A stretch of 64,000 bases of DNA, taken from the IMG/VR virus record IMGVR_UViG_3300019776_000165, positions 1 through 64,000 of that record. One strand, given 5' to 3'. This stretch comes from a virus. Made by a program: the position numbers and the translations under genes. Positions 11,221-21,343 of the stretch are shown in pieces; position 1 is the stretch's first letter; each line of letters opens with the position of its first letter. The notes under the pieces were generated by a model. That model had not been told where the DNA came from. It saw only the letters and a list, made by a program, of their open reading frames with translations, and did not search any database.

Positions 11221-11321
11221 TGGCTTCCTTACTAGAGGTTTGCCATGTATGCGGCCATGATTTGTACCAAGATATTTGTGTAGAAGATAACTGTAAATGC
11301 GATTGTTACGAGGCACAATAA
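11220..11321 (+). CDS. 33-aa Cys-rich micro-protein (not in ORF track)
   Basis: MASLLEVCHVCGHDLYQDICVEDNCKCDCYEAQ; TAATG-coupled. Confidence 0.6.
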   Translation: MASLLEVCHVCGHDLYQDICVEDNCKCDCYEAQ

Positions 11322-11324
11322 CCG

Positions 11325-11810
11325 ATGCACATACTTGTAGAACTAGACGGGGTACTCAGAGGGCAGAATGACGAGCCCATCTCCACAGGAATCATCCTTG
11401 CTGGAACGCTGAGCGTATACAACAAAGTAACCTTCTTTACTGAACTCAGTGAGGAAGAGGCCAAGTACTGGCTGAATGTTAACAAGATTGTTGACTACGA
11501 TAACCTGCTCACCTCAAACCTTGCAGTCCACGGCGTTCCTCTAAAGGAGCGACAGATAACTGCCGCCCGTAGCAAAGGCGGCCTGGACTTAGTTATCACT
11601 TCTGACCCAAAGTTGTGGGCGTTCTCCTTTGAGCAAGGGTTGCCCTCCGTAATGTTTGGTGTCCCCACTTACACCCGTGTTGAGTTCAGGCCAGACGCAC
11701 CCAAGAAGGTGCGGGCATGGAACGACATCGAAGAAGCAATCAGTAAGCAGAATGAACTACGCACCCAGGATGCTAGAGCAAGTCGCCTTGAAGGGTTGAT
11801 GTTCGAGTGA
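11325..11810 (+). CDS. HAD-like fold protein, degenerate motif I
   Basis: ILVELDGVL in place of DxDGxL. Confidence 0.5.
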   Translation: MHILVELDGVLRGQNDEPISTGIILAGTLSVYNKVTFFTELSEEEAKYWLNVNKIVDYDNLLTSNLAVHGVPLKERQITAARSKGGLDLVITSDPKLWAFSFEQGLPSVMFGVPTYTRVEFRPDAPKKVRAWNDIEEAISKQNELRTQDARASRLEGLMFE

Positions 11811-13297
11811 TTATCTTTGGTGGAGTAGAGATTCCCTCTAACCGCACTTTGTTGGAGCGTGCTGGAGTAACTAACGTCATGCTCAACTATTGGGGCCTCC
11901 GTAAGCGGGGGCTACCAAAGAACAAAGACTATCTAATCGGGGAATACTTCTTGCCTGAGATGAAGGTCTGGGTAGATAGCGGAGCCAGTCAAGCAGATAA
12001 GGCCAACCTCTCAACGAGGGAGTTGGAGGATTACGCCTCCGACTACGAAGAGTTTATCGCTATGAACTACGACCGTATCGAAGGGTTTGTAGAGTTCGAC
12101 AGCCAGACACTGGGCTTGAACAAGATTGTGCAGAATCGTGCTGTGTACGAGAACGACCCAAAGTTGTGGGTAGTATGGCGAGAAGATTACAGCCCTTCAC
12201 TGCTTAGCAAGTGGGCACAGGAATACTCCAACATCGCTATTCCAAACTCCGCTATAGAGTCTGTGACATCTTTATCAGCGATTACCCGTAGCATAAAGCA
12301 ACAGACCGACGTACAGTTTCACGCTCTGGCCACAGCAAAGCCTGACAATCTCCGACAGATTCCATTCACCAGCACCAGCACACTCTCTTGGCTATCACCA
12401 ATGCGTCGTGGGGAAACCATTATCTGGGATGGCTCCAAGTTGGTTCGCTATCCAAAGAAGATGAAAGACCAAGCACGTATCCGATACAAGAGCATCGTGC
12501 AGAACGCTGGCCTAGACTTCCAAAAGTTTATTGATGATGACACGCTAGAGGCTACAAAGGTAGCCATCTGGTCTTACCGACAGTTAGAAAGCAAGATGGA
12601 CAAGAACAAACCAGACCTAAAGGTCATAAAAGGTGACAAAGTATCTGATAACAGTGATGGCACCCTATACACAGGTTTGATGGAAATGGGGGAGTACCTT
12701 TCTAATAACAGTGATTCCGAGGTGCGGAAAATAGAACGCACCGAAGTGGTGCAAAGAGACCCCCAAGAGATGACTTCTATGCCTGTTTTTGGCTACCAGA
12801 TTAAGCAGGTAGTGGAGAACGAAAACGGGGTTGATGTACTCAAAGATGTGCCTGTCGTACAGTCTCAAACTGTAAGCCTCCGACAGTGTGACACCTGTTT
12901 TGTGGCCGCAAACTGCCCTGCATTTAAGCCCGCAAACACCTGTGCGTTTAACCTTCCAGTAGAGGTCAAAACCCCTGAGCAACTTAAGGCTTTGAACACC
13001 GCTCTACTAGAGATGCAGGCCCAGAGAGTAGCATTCATGCGGTTTACAGAGGAACTAAACGGTGGCTACGCTGACCCCAATGTCTCTCTGGAGATGGATA
13101 GGTACTTCAAGATGTTGGAGAAGATTAAGGCTCTGGACGAGAGTAAAGAGTTCATTCAGATTACTGCTCAACGCAACGCCAGCCAAGGTGTTTTGAGTGC
13201 CATCTTTGGTGACCGTGCCTCGGCTCTAAAGGAGCAACAGCAGGGCCTTTCGGAGGACAAGACCACCATGATTATCCAACAGAAGTTGGAAAACTAG
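11807..13297 (+). CDS. TGT/DpdA-like barrel fused to Cys-rich and helical C-terminal domain
   Basis: VWVDSGA, FHALA, STSTLSW; C-terminal CDTC-x5-C-x8-C. Confidence 0.45.
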   Translation: MIIFGGVEIPSNRTLLERAGVTNVMLNYWGLRKRGLPKNKDYLIGEYFLPEMKVWVDSGASQADKANLSTRELEDYASDYEEFIAMNYDRIEGFVEFDSQTLGLNKIVQNRAVYENDPKLWVVWREDYSPSLLSKWAQEYSNIAIPNSAIESVTSLSAITRSIKQQTDVQFHALATAKPDNLRQIPFTSTSTLSWLSPMRRGETIIWDGSKLVRYPKKMKDQARIRYKSIVQNAGLDFQKFIDDDTLEATKVAIWSYRQLESKMDKNKPDLKVIKGDKVSDNSDGTLYTGLMEMGEYLSNNSDSEVRKIERTEVVQRDPQEMTSMPVFGYQIKQVVENENGVDVLKDVPVVQSQTVSLRQCDTCFVAANCPAFKPANTCAFNLPVEVKTPEQLKALNTALLEMQAQRVAFMRFTEELNGGYADPNVSLEMDRYFKMLEKIKALDESKEFIQITAQRNASQGVLSAIFGDRASALKEQQQGLSEDKTTMIIQQKLEN

Positions 13298-13492
13298 TTA
13301 TCTGATAACACTCCTTTAACATACTTGCAACATTATTCCCGCATATTTCGCTATTAGATGTTGCAAAAAGATTTTTTGTATGAGTGTTCCACTTTTTAAA
13401 AAAAGTACGATAGATTAGTAATCCGCTCCAATGCCCAGCGCACCATCGGCTGGGCATTTTCATCTAATACAACTAAAAGAAAGAGTCACCAT

Positions 13493-15532
13493 ATGACTAC
13501 GTTTTCCTTCAAACTCAGTGAAGATTTCGTTGCTGGCTACAAGGACAAGAAGCCCCCATTCGGCTATTCAGACGTGGCAGGTAACTCTGTGGGCGAGATT
13601 ACATTCCTTCGTACTTACTCCCGTTTGAAAGAAGACGGAACTAAGGAAACTTGGGCTGACGTTTGTGAACGTGTAACCAACGGAACCTTCTCGCTACAGA
13701 AAGACCACGCCAAAGCCAACCGCCTACCATGGAACGATGTGAAGGCCGCTTCTTCGGCCAAGGAGTTTTACGACCGCTTGTTCAACTTGAAGTGGACACC
13801 CCCAGGCCGTGGCTTGTGGGTAATGGGAACTGAGATTGTAAACACTCAGAAGAACTCAGCCGCTCTACAGAACTGTGCGTTCGTATCAACAAACGAGATG
13901 ACCAAGAACGACCCAGCAAAGCCTTTCGGATTCCTTATGGAGGCTTCCATGCTCGGTGTCGGAGTTGGCTTCGATGACAAGGGTGCTGACAAGGGCTTTG
14001 AGATTTACGCACCTATTCCAAGCGACACCCACATCTCAGTGCCTGACACTCGTGAAGGCTGGAGAGACTCGACGGTAACGTTGATTAACTCGTACCTAAA
14101 GCAGGGCCAGTCGGAGGTTCACTTCGAATACTCGGAGATTCGTCCTTATGGAACACCTATCAAGACTTTTGGTGGTGTGGCCGCTGGTGCAGACCCACTG
14201 ATTCGTCTTCACGATAAGATTCGTGAAATCTTCGATAGCCGTGCTGGTGAAAAAGTAACTCGTACCGACATCGCTGACATCGGAAACTTGATTGGTGTCT
14301 GTGTTGTTTCGGGTAACGTTCGCCGTAGTGCCGAACTACTGATTGGTCGTATTGAAGACCCAGACTTCTTGAACCTAAAGAACCCTGAGGCCTTCCCTAA
14401 TCGTAACGACTACAGCGACCCAGCCAACCCAGGGTGGGGTTACATGAGCAACAACTCCGTAGAGGTCTCTGTTGGCTCCGACTTCACCCCAATCATTGAC
14501 GGCATCACTCTTAACGGAGAGCCTGGGGTCATCTGGATGGACATGAGCCGTAAGTACGGTCGCTTGGCCGATGCTCCAAACAACAAAGACTGGCGTGTTG
14601 CTGGCTACAACCCTTGTGCCGAGCAGAGCCTTGAGTCGTACGAGATGTGTACTCTTGTGGAGACTTACTTGAACCGCCACGACTCGTTGGAGGACTTCAA
14701 GCGAACTCTGAAGTTTGCTTATCTTTACGCTAAGACTGTGACTCTGCTTCCTACCCACTGGGAAGACACCAACGCCATTATGCAACGCAACCGCCGTATC
14801 GGAACCTCTGTGTCTGGTGTGGCCAACTTTGCAGATGACAAGGGCTTGCCTGTTCTCCGTCAGTGGATGGACGAAGGCTACGCTACGGTCAAGGCTTACG
14901 ACCAGAAGTACAGCGAGTGGCTTGGTATCCGTGAGTCAATCAAGATGACAACTGTAAAGCCGTCAGGCACTGTGTCAATCCTTGCTGGTGAGAGCCCAGG
15001 CGTTCACTGGACTGCTGGTGGCAAGTACTTCCTTCGTGCTATCCGCTTTGCAAACAACGACCCAATGCTTCCGCTGTTCAAGATGGCCAACTACCGTGTT
15101 GAGGAAGACGTTACGGATTCTAACCGCTCCGTCATCTACTTCCCAATCAAATCAGGTGCTTCACGCTCCGAGAAGGACGTGTCTGTCTACGAGAAGATGG
15201 CACTCGCCGCAACTGCACAGCGTTACTGGAGCGACAACTCCGTATCCGTAACAGTTACTTTCGACCCTGTGTTGGAGGCTAACGCTATCGGAACTGTCCT
15301 ACACATGTACGACGGCCAGTTGAAGACTGTATCATTCCTCCCTATGGGCAACGCTGTGTACCCACAGATGCCTTACACTCAGATTACTGAGGAGGAGTAC
15401 AACAAGTACGCTGAGGAACTGTTCCCGATTGACTTGACTGGAGTTTACGAGGGCATGGCCATCGATGCTATCGGTGAGGCCTACTGCACCACGGACGCCT
15501 GTGAGGTCAAGTTGATTAAGGACAACGCATGA
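13493..15532 (+). CDS. nrdJ: Class II (adenosylcobalamin-dependent) ribonucleotide reductase
   Basis: RTYSR, PPGRGLW, NCAF, GNVRRSA, YNPCAEQ, TTVKPSGTVS, C-terminal CTTDAC. Confidence 0.93.
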   Translation: MTTFSFKLSEDFVAGYKDKKPPFGYSDVAGNSVGEITFLRTYSRLKEDGTKETWADVCERVTNGTFSLQKDHAKANRLPWNDVKAASSAKEFYDRLFNLKWTPPGRGLWVMGTEIVNTQKNSAALQNCAFVSTNEMTKNDPAKPFGFLMEASMLGVGVGFDDKGADKGFEIYAPIPSDTHISVPDTREGWRDSTVTLINSYLKQGQSEVHFEYSEIRPYGTPIKTFGGVAAGADPLIRLHDKIREIFDSRAGEKVTRTDIADIGNLIGVCVVSGNVRRSAELLIGRIEDPDFLNLKNPEAFPNRNDYSDPANPGWGYMSNNSVEVSVGSDFTPIIDGITLNGEPGVIWMDMSRKYGRLADAPNNKDWRVAGYNPCAEQSLESYEMCTLVETYLNRHDSLEDFKRTLKFAYLYAKTVTLLPTHWEDTNAIMQRNRRIGTSVSGVANFADDKGLPVLRQWMDEGYATVKAYDQKYSEWLGIRESIKMTTVKPSGTVSILAGESPGVHWTAGGKYFLRAIRFANNDPMLPLFKMANYRVEEDVTDSNRSVIYFPIKSGASRSEKDVSVYEKMALAATAQRYWSDNSVSVTVTFDPVLEANAIGTVLHMYDGQLKTVSFLPMGNAVYPQMPYTQITEEEYNKYAEELFPIDLTGVYEGMAIDAIGEAYCTTDACEVKLIKDNA

Positions 15533-15840
15533 TTCACACGTTGACCGAGGATACGTTTGAGGAGTTTATCAAGCAGGCGGAAACGCCTGTCTTGGTAGAC
15601 TACTGGGCCGAATGGTGTCAGCCTTGTAAAGTGATGCTCCCAGTCCTTAAGCAGGTTGCTGAGGAACTTGATGGACGTCTTACGGTAGCCAAGGTGGACA
15701 TCGAAAAGAACAACGGATTAGCCAAGGGACTAAGCAGTGTTCCTACGATAAAGTTGTTTGTGAACGGTGAAGTAGTCACTGAGGTTGTCGGAGCGAAACC
15801 AAAAGCCGTTCTCCTACAAAAGTTAGATGGGTTCCTTTAA
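15529..15840 (+). CDS. trxA: Thioredoxin
   Basis: DYWAEWCQPC, SVPT; coupled to RNR. Confidence 0.92.
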   Translation: MIHTLTEDTFEEFIKQAETPVLVDYWAEWCQPCKVMLPVLKQVAEELDGRLTVAKVDIEKNNGLAKGLSSVPTIKLFVNGEVVTEVVGAKPKAVLLQKLDGFL

Positions 15841-15853
15841 CCCAAGAAACAGA

Positions 15854-15880
15854 AAGCCCCCCGTGATTATCGGGGGGCTT
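15854..15880. terminator. Probable bidirectional terminator
   Basis: AAGCCCCCCG-TGATTAT-CGGGGGGCTT between convergent trxA and whiB. Confidence 0.85.
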
Positions 15881-15885
15881 CTCTG

Positions 15886-16227
15886 CTACTGAAGGAGAGT
15901 GTTCTCGTCCTTGATGTTGACTAGACGCAATCGCTTACCAGAGCGTAGTGCTCGGAAGAAGCGAGCCTTCTCACGAGGGTGTCGCTGGAGGTACTGGCGT
16001 TCACGGCGTGTACTACCGCCCCAGATGCCCCAGTCATCGTTCTGCAGGGCAACCTCGAAGCACTGCTCCAACATAGGACAACCAGCACAGATAGACCGAG
16101 CCTCCTCGGTCTTGGCCAAGATGTCATCGCCTTCTGGGAAGAAGATTTTGATAGCCTTCTCAGGTTTGATGTGCTCCGCCGAGCAGTTCATCTTGCTGTA
16201 GTCAAGGTCTTTCAGTTTTACCGCCAT
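15886..16227 (-). CDS. whiB: WhiB family transcription factor
   Basis: C...FFP...ICAGCP..QC...GIWGG..RRER. Confidence 0.92.
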   Translation of the reverse strand: MAVKLKDLDYSKMNCSAEHIKPEKAIKIFFPEGDDILAKTEEARSICAGCPMLEQCFEVALQNDDWGIWGGSTRRERQYLQRHPREKARFFRALRSGKRLRLVNIKDENTLLQ

Positions 16228-16451
16228 TGTTCGCCCCTTTCCAAGGTCTCACAAACTTTTCGTAGTAGTTCTACAGGAGTAACGTCCAGTGCCTCAGCGA
16301 TGTGTTCTAGCATCTCGCTAGAGGCATTTTTGTTGCCCTGTTCAATGCTGGACAGGTGTGCATTCGAGATGAACTCAAGGTCTCGCATTACGAGGCCACG
16401 TTCGTCCCTAAGTTGTCGGATGGTCTGTCCGATAGCAGTTCTAAGTAACAT
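16218..16451 (-). CDS. XRE-family HTH regulator
   Basis: IGQTIRQLRDERGL...HLSSIEQGNKNASSEMLEHIAEALDV. Confidence 0.88.
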   Translation of the reverse strand: MLLRTAIGQTIRQLRDERGLVMRDLEFISNAHLSSIEQGNKNASSEMLEHIAEALDVTPVELLRKVCETLERGEQWR

Positions 16452-16481
16452 AACAACTCCTTATTTGTTTGCCTTGGGCAG

Positions 16482-19316
16482 TCACTCGCTGGGGTTTCGG
16501 TGGAGCATGAACAACAGGATGCCAGCACTTAGCCACACTAGTAAAGCCACAGCGTTCATGCTTACGGCCATGCCAAAGGAGCAGGTAACAATAACGCCCC
16601 ATAACAATCCTTTAACTAGAATCTCCATTACTTTGCCTCCTCGTTTACTACACGAGCAATCAAAAGTAGGTGGGCCAGCGTAGGCATACCACTAGCAAAC
16701 TCTGCCTTGATGCTTTGCTCTTCGGCTATCAGTCTGCTCACGATACGGTAACGCAAGTCCTCCACGCCCTTCTGGTACGAGGCTAGGTCAGTAACATGCT
16801 CGGCGTGTAGGTTAGCCATCTTTGACATTTAGGTCTCCTAGTTCTTCTATTGCATGGTCGATTAGTTGTCCGAACGATGCAAACTCTTGCGGGCTGAGGT
16901 TAGCCCATGCCTGCACCTTCTGCATCTGCAGTACATGAATAGCGTTGGCTAGGGCTTTGCGGTAACCCTCCGTAAACTCACTCACTCTCCTTCACACTGC
17001 CTTCGATGAAGTAGTGGAGGTGATGTCCGTCAATAACATCTTGAGCGGAGGCTACGGACTGGTCTTTGAATAAGACTCCGTCAGGTAGCGGTAACATCGT
17101 GGTAAGGTCTCCGTTAGAGTTGGCCAACTCGATAGCCTGAACGGCTACAGGAATCAGGCTCTCTGGAATACCACCGTCCTCAAAGTTGGCAAAGTGCCAA
17201 GACAACTTGGTCTCCAACCCCATAGGGGCGTTAGCAATCTCCTTTGAGATTTCGTCTGCGCTAATCATTCGTTTCCTCTCCGTGACATTCACAGTCACAG
17301 GTTTGTTCGTTTACTTTCAATGGGCATGAGTCGTGCTGGCCAGTGAGACACCAGCCAAACTTCTTACTCAAAGTCGGGCTTGATGTTCTTATCGATGTTA
17401 AGCAGGTCTTCTGCGTAAACCTCGCCTGCATTCTCCAGACGTTCGAACCAAGACCACTGCTTCTTAGTCCATGACTCGGTGTCAACGAAGGCGATGTCTC
17501 CGTTACCATACGAGCCGTCATCTGATGCCCAGAGTCCGCTGTGTGATTGTGACGCCATTAGTTGGCTCCTTTCTTGTCCGATGGACAGTTCATGTGGAAG
17601 TAAGTGATTAGTCTCTGAGTAGGGTCGCTGGTGGTAGCACCGCACTTCAGGCAACTCCATGTGGTCATTAGTCGTTCTCCTCTTCTAGTTTGATTACTTC
17701 TACCCAAGCACGAGCAGACCGCAACCATGCAACGTACTGCTCTGTTTCTTTGCGGTTGCTGAACACTGGGGCAGGGCTGGTGTTGTAGTCGCTCCAACGG
17801 CCAATCGTGTACCTAGCCATTATTCCTCCTCGTCAATCTCTTCGTAGCAGTTTAGGTTTACTTGTAACTTGTTGTGTAGCCTGTTGAGTTTGCCAGCAAG
17901 TTTCCAACGCTGGTCATTGCCGTAGTAGACCTCGCAGTCCTTGAGGGCAGTAAGCAAGAAGTCTAAGTCCTGCTTACTGATAGGTAATAGGTCAGCCATT
18001 AGTGACCACAACCTTGGTCGAAGCACTCTCGGCAGTAGAGCCGTGAGTAGATGTCGGTGCTGACACAGTGGTCACAAGCACACTCGGCAGGCAGGGCGTT
18101 GAACACTTCCCACAAGCGGTCTGAGATTTGGTGCTCGTAATCCTTGAGGAATCCCTCCAGACCGTACCAGTGGTCTTCTCCGTCAAAGTACCCAGAACCT
18201 AGTTGGAGTTTAGTGGCCTCCTCCTTGGTAAAGGTAAGGGGCAGGTCAAGGCCTTGGTACTGTTCTTGGTCTCCGTCAAAGCACACGAAGATGTCCAAGT
18301 ACCAATCGTCACCTAACGCCCAGTTGCCGTTTTTGTCTTCCACTTCTTGCTGGAAGATGTTCAAGTCGTAATCAGCCATTGTTATTCTCCTTAACGAATC
18401 TGCCAAAGGTGGTTGTCGGAGATGTTAACTCCGATAGCCTCCAACGCATCGATTGCTTCTTTCTCAACCTCTGTTTCAATAGCCACGAACTCACCTGCAT
18501 CATCTGACCAAGTGTTCGTCTCTGGTGTGTAGAGCCTGCGAATCCATTCACGAGACCCATCGCCGTCAAAGGCGAAGGTCTTGGTGTCGTGGTCGTATGC
18601 CACGACTAGGTGGGTAACTAGTGCCATGTTTATTGCTCCTGTCCTATTAGTGCCAACTCAATGAGTACTTGTACTGCTTCGGTAGGTATTCTGACGTAGC
18701 CCCACGACTTAATCTCGTAGGTAGGGTTGTCCTGAGTGCCACCGTAGACACCGCTAGGGTCAATGTCGTAGGTGTTAATGTCCTGAGCCTTAGAACCAAG
18801 CAGGGTGATTAGGCTGTCCTTGATGCTCTTCTTGAGAGCCTCCTGACGAGCGGAAGACTCGGTGATGGCGTTGATGTACACCTCACGCTTCTTGTCCTCG
18901 TAAACCTTGGCCTTAGCCTGTGCGTCAGCCATTTCCTTAGCGGCCTGTTCACGGCGAGCGGTCTCGACTACCCAGTAATCGTCATACTCTTTAGTGGTAG
19001 CCACAATGCGAAGTGGAGCAACAATAGTGTACTCCCAAGATGTGCCGTCACCGTGACGGTCAAACTTGATTAGGAAGCCGTAGTCGCTACGGCCAGAGGT
19101 TGATTCCTCCAGACGTACATCGCTAAGCCTTGCTACCGAAGGGGTGTAGTGTGAGTGGCCACGGAGCGAGTAACGCTTGTTGCTAAGGAGCACAGCGTTC
19201 ATCGTGTAGTTAGTGCTGTAGTCCTTAAGGCCTGTGCCACGCTTCTCCCTAACACCAAAGGTTAGAATCTTGATGTTGGTGTTGGCGGATAGTTTTTGAA
19301 TGTCTGCTGTCTGCAT
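16482..19316 (-). other. Cluster of small early-type hypothetical genes (e.g. 16482-16628, 16628-16828, 16978-17268, 17364-17558, 18391-18627, 18630-19316)
   Basis: Tightly packed ORFs with AGGAG RBS and TAATG coupling. Confidence 0.7.
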
Positions 19317-19351
19317 GATTACCTCTCGATTTGTTTGCCTTGGCTACACCC

Positions 19352-19388
19352 TTTAGCCCCCAGTCAGGAACTATCAGGTAAAGTTAGT
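19352..19388 (-). promoter_or_regulatory. Promoter-like repeat, copy 1
   Basis: ACTAACTTTACCTGATAGT-N7-TGGGGGCTAAAG on - strand, intergenic. Confidence 0.75.
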
Positions 19389-19402
19389 GCTCAATGTTAT
19401 GG

Positions 19403-19449
19403 AGCAGAGGTGACGGAGAAGAAAGGAGTAAGACTCCGTCACCCCTGCT
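19403..19449 (-). terminator. Hairpin directly after the vWA gene
   Basis: AGCAGAGGTGACGGAG ... CTCCGTCACCCCTGCT. Confidence 0.6.
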
Positions 19450-19452
19450 GGC

Positions 19453-21333
19453 CTAGTGGGCTAGGTTGCGGTCGATGCCAACCTCAACGATGTACTGGCC
19501 GAGGCGGAAGATGTCCGCTACCTCTGCAATGTGCACCCCTACCTCAGAGCCGTGGTTGTTAATCTGGCGTCCCTCGCTGTAGTAGGAGGAGATGTAGGCA
19601 AGTGCAGTGAGCACACCGCCGTCACGAATGTTGCGAACCAACTCGTCAGCAAGTGCTTCATCGTTCCACACGCCATCGGTGATGTTGATAAGCAACTTGA
19701 TTGCACGAGTGCTGTTGGCCAGCAAGTACTGTGCGTACTGCAACGCCTTGAGCGGTGTAGTGCCACCGTGAGTACCAGCATTGCGGAAGGTAGTACCCAC
19801 CTGCTCGTCAGCACTGTACAGCAGGTATGGGCTGCTACCGTAAAGCACAACCGTAGTGCTGGCGTTGATGCTGTCCAGAGCGTTCTTGATTGCCCACATT
19901 GACTCGTAAGCCTGCTTGGCGTTGCGAGACATAGAGTCGCTGGTGTCCATAACAACTACGCACTCGATGTCTACAGCGTCAGCACGACCAAACTTGAGCG
20001 TGTCGAACGCCTCGTCAATCTCACAGCCACGCTCCCAGCGAGCAGGGTTGATGCGACCGTTCTGAGTACGGCGTGACCACGCTGGGTCATGCTGTGCTCG
20101 CAGTCTCTGCAACTCGAAAGCGAACTGGTCGGACGCAGACACGGTGGCCGTGTCAGGGTCTTGCTCGTGAACACTCCTAGGAACAGGAGGAGCAGGTACT
20201 TCCTCGCCGTCCATAAGAACGTCACCGCTGTACAGTGCGATGTCGTTGGCAATCTGGTCACCGAGACGCTCCAACACATCTCCGAGAGTGTCTTCTAGCA
20301 AGTCTCGCAGAGTGTTGGTGTCATCGTCACCAGCACCGCTACCAGACGAAGGAGGCAGGTCAGCCTCGTCCACAGTAGGCTCAGCCTTGGCACGTTCGAT
20401 AGCCCTGTCCTGTTGCTTAGGCTTCATCGGCTGTGACTTGGCGTTGGTCTCGTGTTCGTGGTTGTCACGGTTACCGTGACCGTTAGGGTCAGGCATGTTG
20501 TCCCAACCATCGCCAGCAGGCTGGCCACCGTCAGGTGCAGGTCGACCGCCTTCAGGGGAAGGCTGGCCACCGTCACCCTGTGGGCCGTCCTCTGGCTGGT
20601 CAGGTGAATCTGGCGAGTCAGGTGAATCTGGCGAGTCAGGTGAATCGGTAGGGCTGTCAGGCTGAGGAGGCTGACCAACGTTGCTAACCAACTCGTTGAA
20701 TCGCTCGATGATGTACTTGGCTCGCTCCTGCTCAGCAGGTCGTGCAAGGTTCATGACACGGTACTCGTCAATCAACTGAGCCAACTCGGCCACGTCCTGC
20801 TGGTTGACGTAAGCGTCACGGACAGCACGGCGTACCTTAGGGTCAAGGTACTTGCGACCACGGATAAGTGGGTAAGCAAACTGCAAGGTCTCCGTGTTGC
20901 TCAGCAGGTGCTGGGTGATGGTGTAGGTCAGCCAGTCACGGATAGGTGGGAACTGTGCCGAGAGCAGGGTCTCTATACGCTGGTCTTCAAGAGAGTTGAA
21001 GGAGCGGAACAAGTCCTGCTCCGTAACCCACTGGCGAAGAGCACTGCCGTCACGAGGGGTGAGCAAGATGTGTGCAATCTCGTGCAGGGTCAAGCCCTTG
21101 AGAGATGCGACACCTGCTACGGTCGTGAGGTCAGCCAACTGTGCCTCGTCAATCCAGATGCTGTCGCTGGAACTGAACGCAGGAGCACCAGCGTTCTGCA
21201 CCAACTTGACCTTGATGGAGCGTAAGCAGAGTCCTGTGGCGTAAGACTCCAACACCTGAACGGAACGCTTGGCACGTTCCTTCTGGCGGTCAACTTCAGG
21301 CCGTGCATACGACCTAGGAACTAGTACTGTCAT
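19453..21333 (-). CDS. vWA-domain protein with N-terminal HExxH domain (CobT-like)
   Basis: LHEIAH, FNSLEDQRIE, acidic Pro-rich linker, MIDAS DTSDS, GGT, ITDG. Confidence 0.85.
   Translation of the reverse strand: MTVLVPRSYARPEVDRQKERAKRSVQVLESYATGLCLRSIKVKLVQNAGAPAFSSSDSIWIDEAQLADLTTVAGVASLKGLTLHEIAHILLTPRDGSALRQWVTEQDLFRSFNSLEDQRIETLLSAQFPPIRDWLTYTITQHLLSNTETLQFAYPLIRGRKYLDPKVRRAVRDAYVNQQDVAELAQLIDEYRVMNLARPAEQERAKYIIERFNELVSNVGQPPQPDSPTDSPDSPDSPDSPDSPDQPEDGPQGDGGQPSPEGGRPAPDGGQPAGDGWDNMPDPNGHGNRDNHEHETNAKSQPMKPKQQDRAIERAKAEPTVDEADLPPSSGSGAGDDDTNTLRDLLEDTLGDVLERLGDQIANDIALYSGDVLMDGEEVPAPPVPRSVHEQDPDTATVSASDQFAFELQRLRAQHDPAWSRRTQNGRINPARWERGCEIDEAFDTLKFGRADAVDIECVVVMDTSDSMSRNAKQAYESMWAIKNALDSINASTTVVLYGSSPYLLYSADEQVGTTFRNAGTHGGTTPLKALQYAQYLLANSTRAIKLLINITDGVWNDEALADELVRNIRDGGVLTALAYISSYYSEGRQINNHGSEVGVHIAEVADIFRLGQYIVEVGIDRNLAH
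20599..20646. repeat. 18-bp tandem repeat (~2.7 copies) encoding DSP repeats
   Basis: GTCAGGTGAATCTGGCGA units in the vWA linker. Confidence 0.85.
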
Positions 21334-21343
21334 GTGACTCTCC

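Noticed and set aside
15979-16683. 234-aa + strand ORF and other antisense ORFs in the track
   Set aside because: Shadow frames opposite clear genes (whiB, XRE), without RBS
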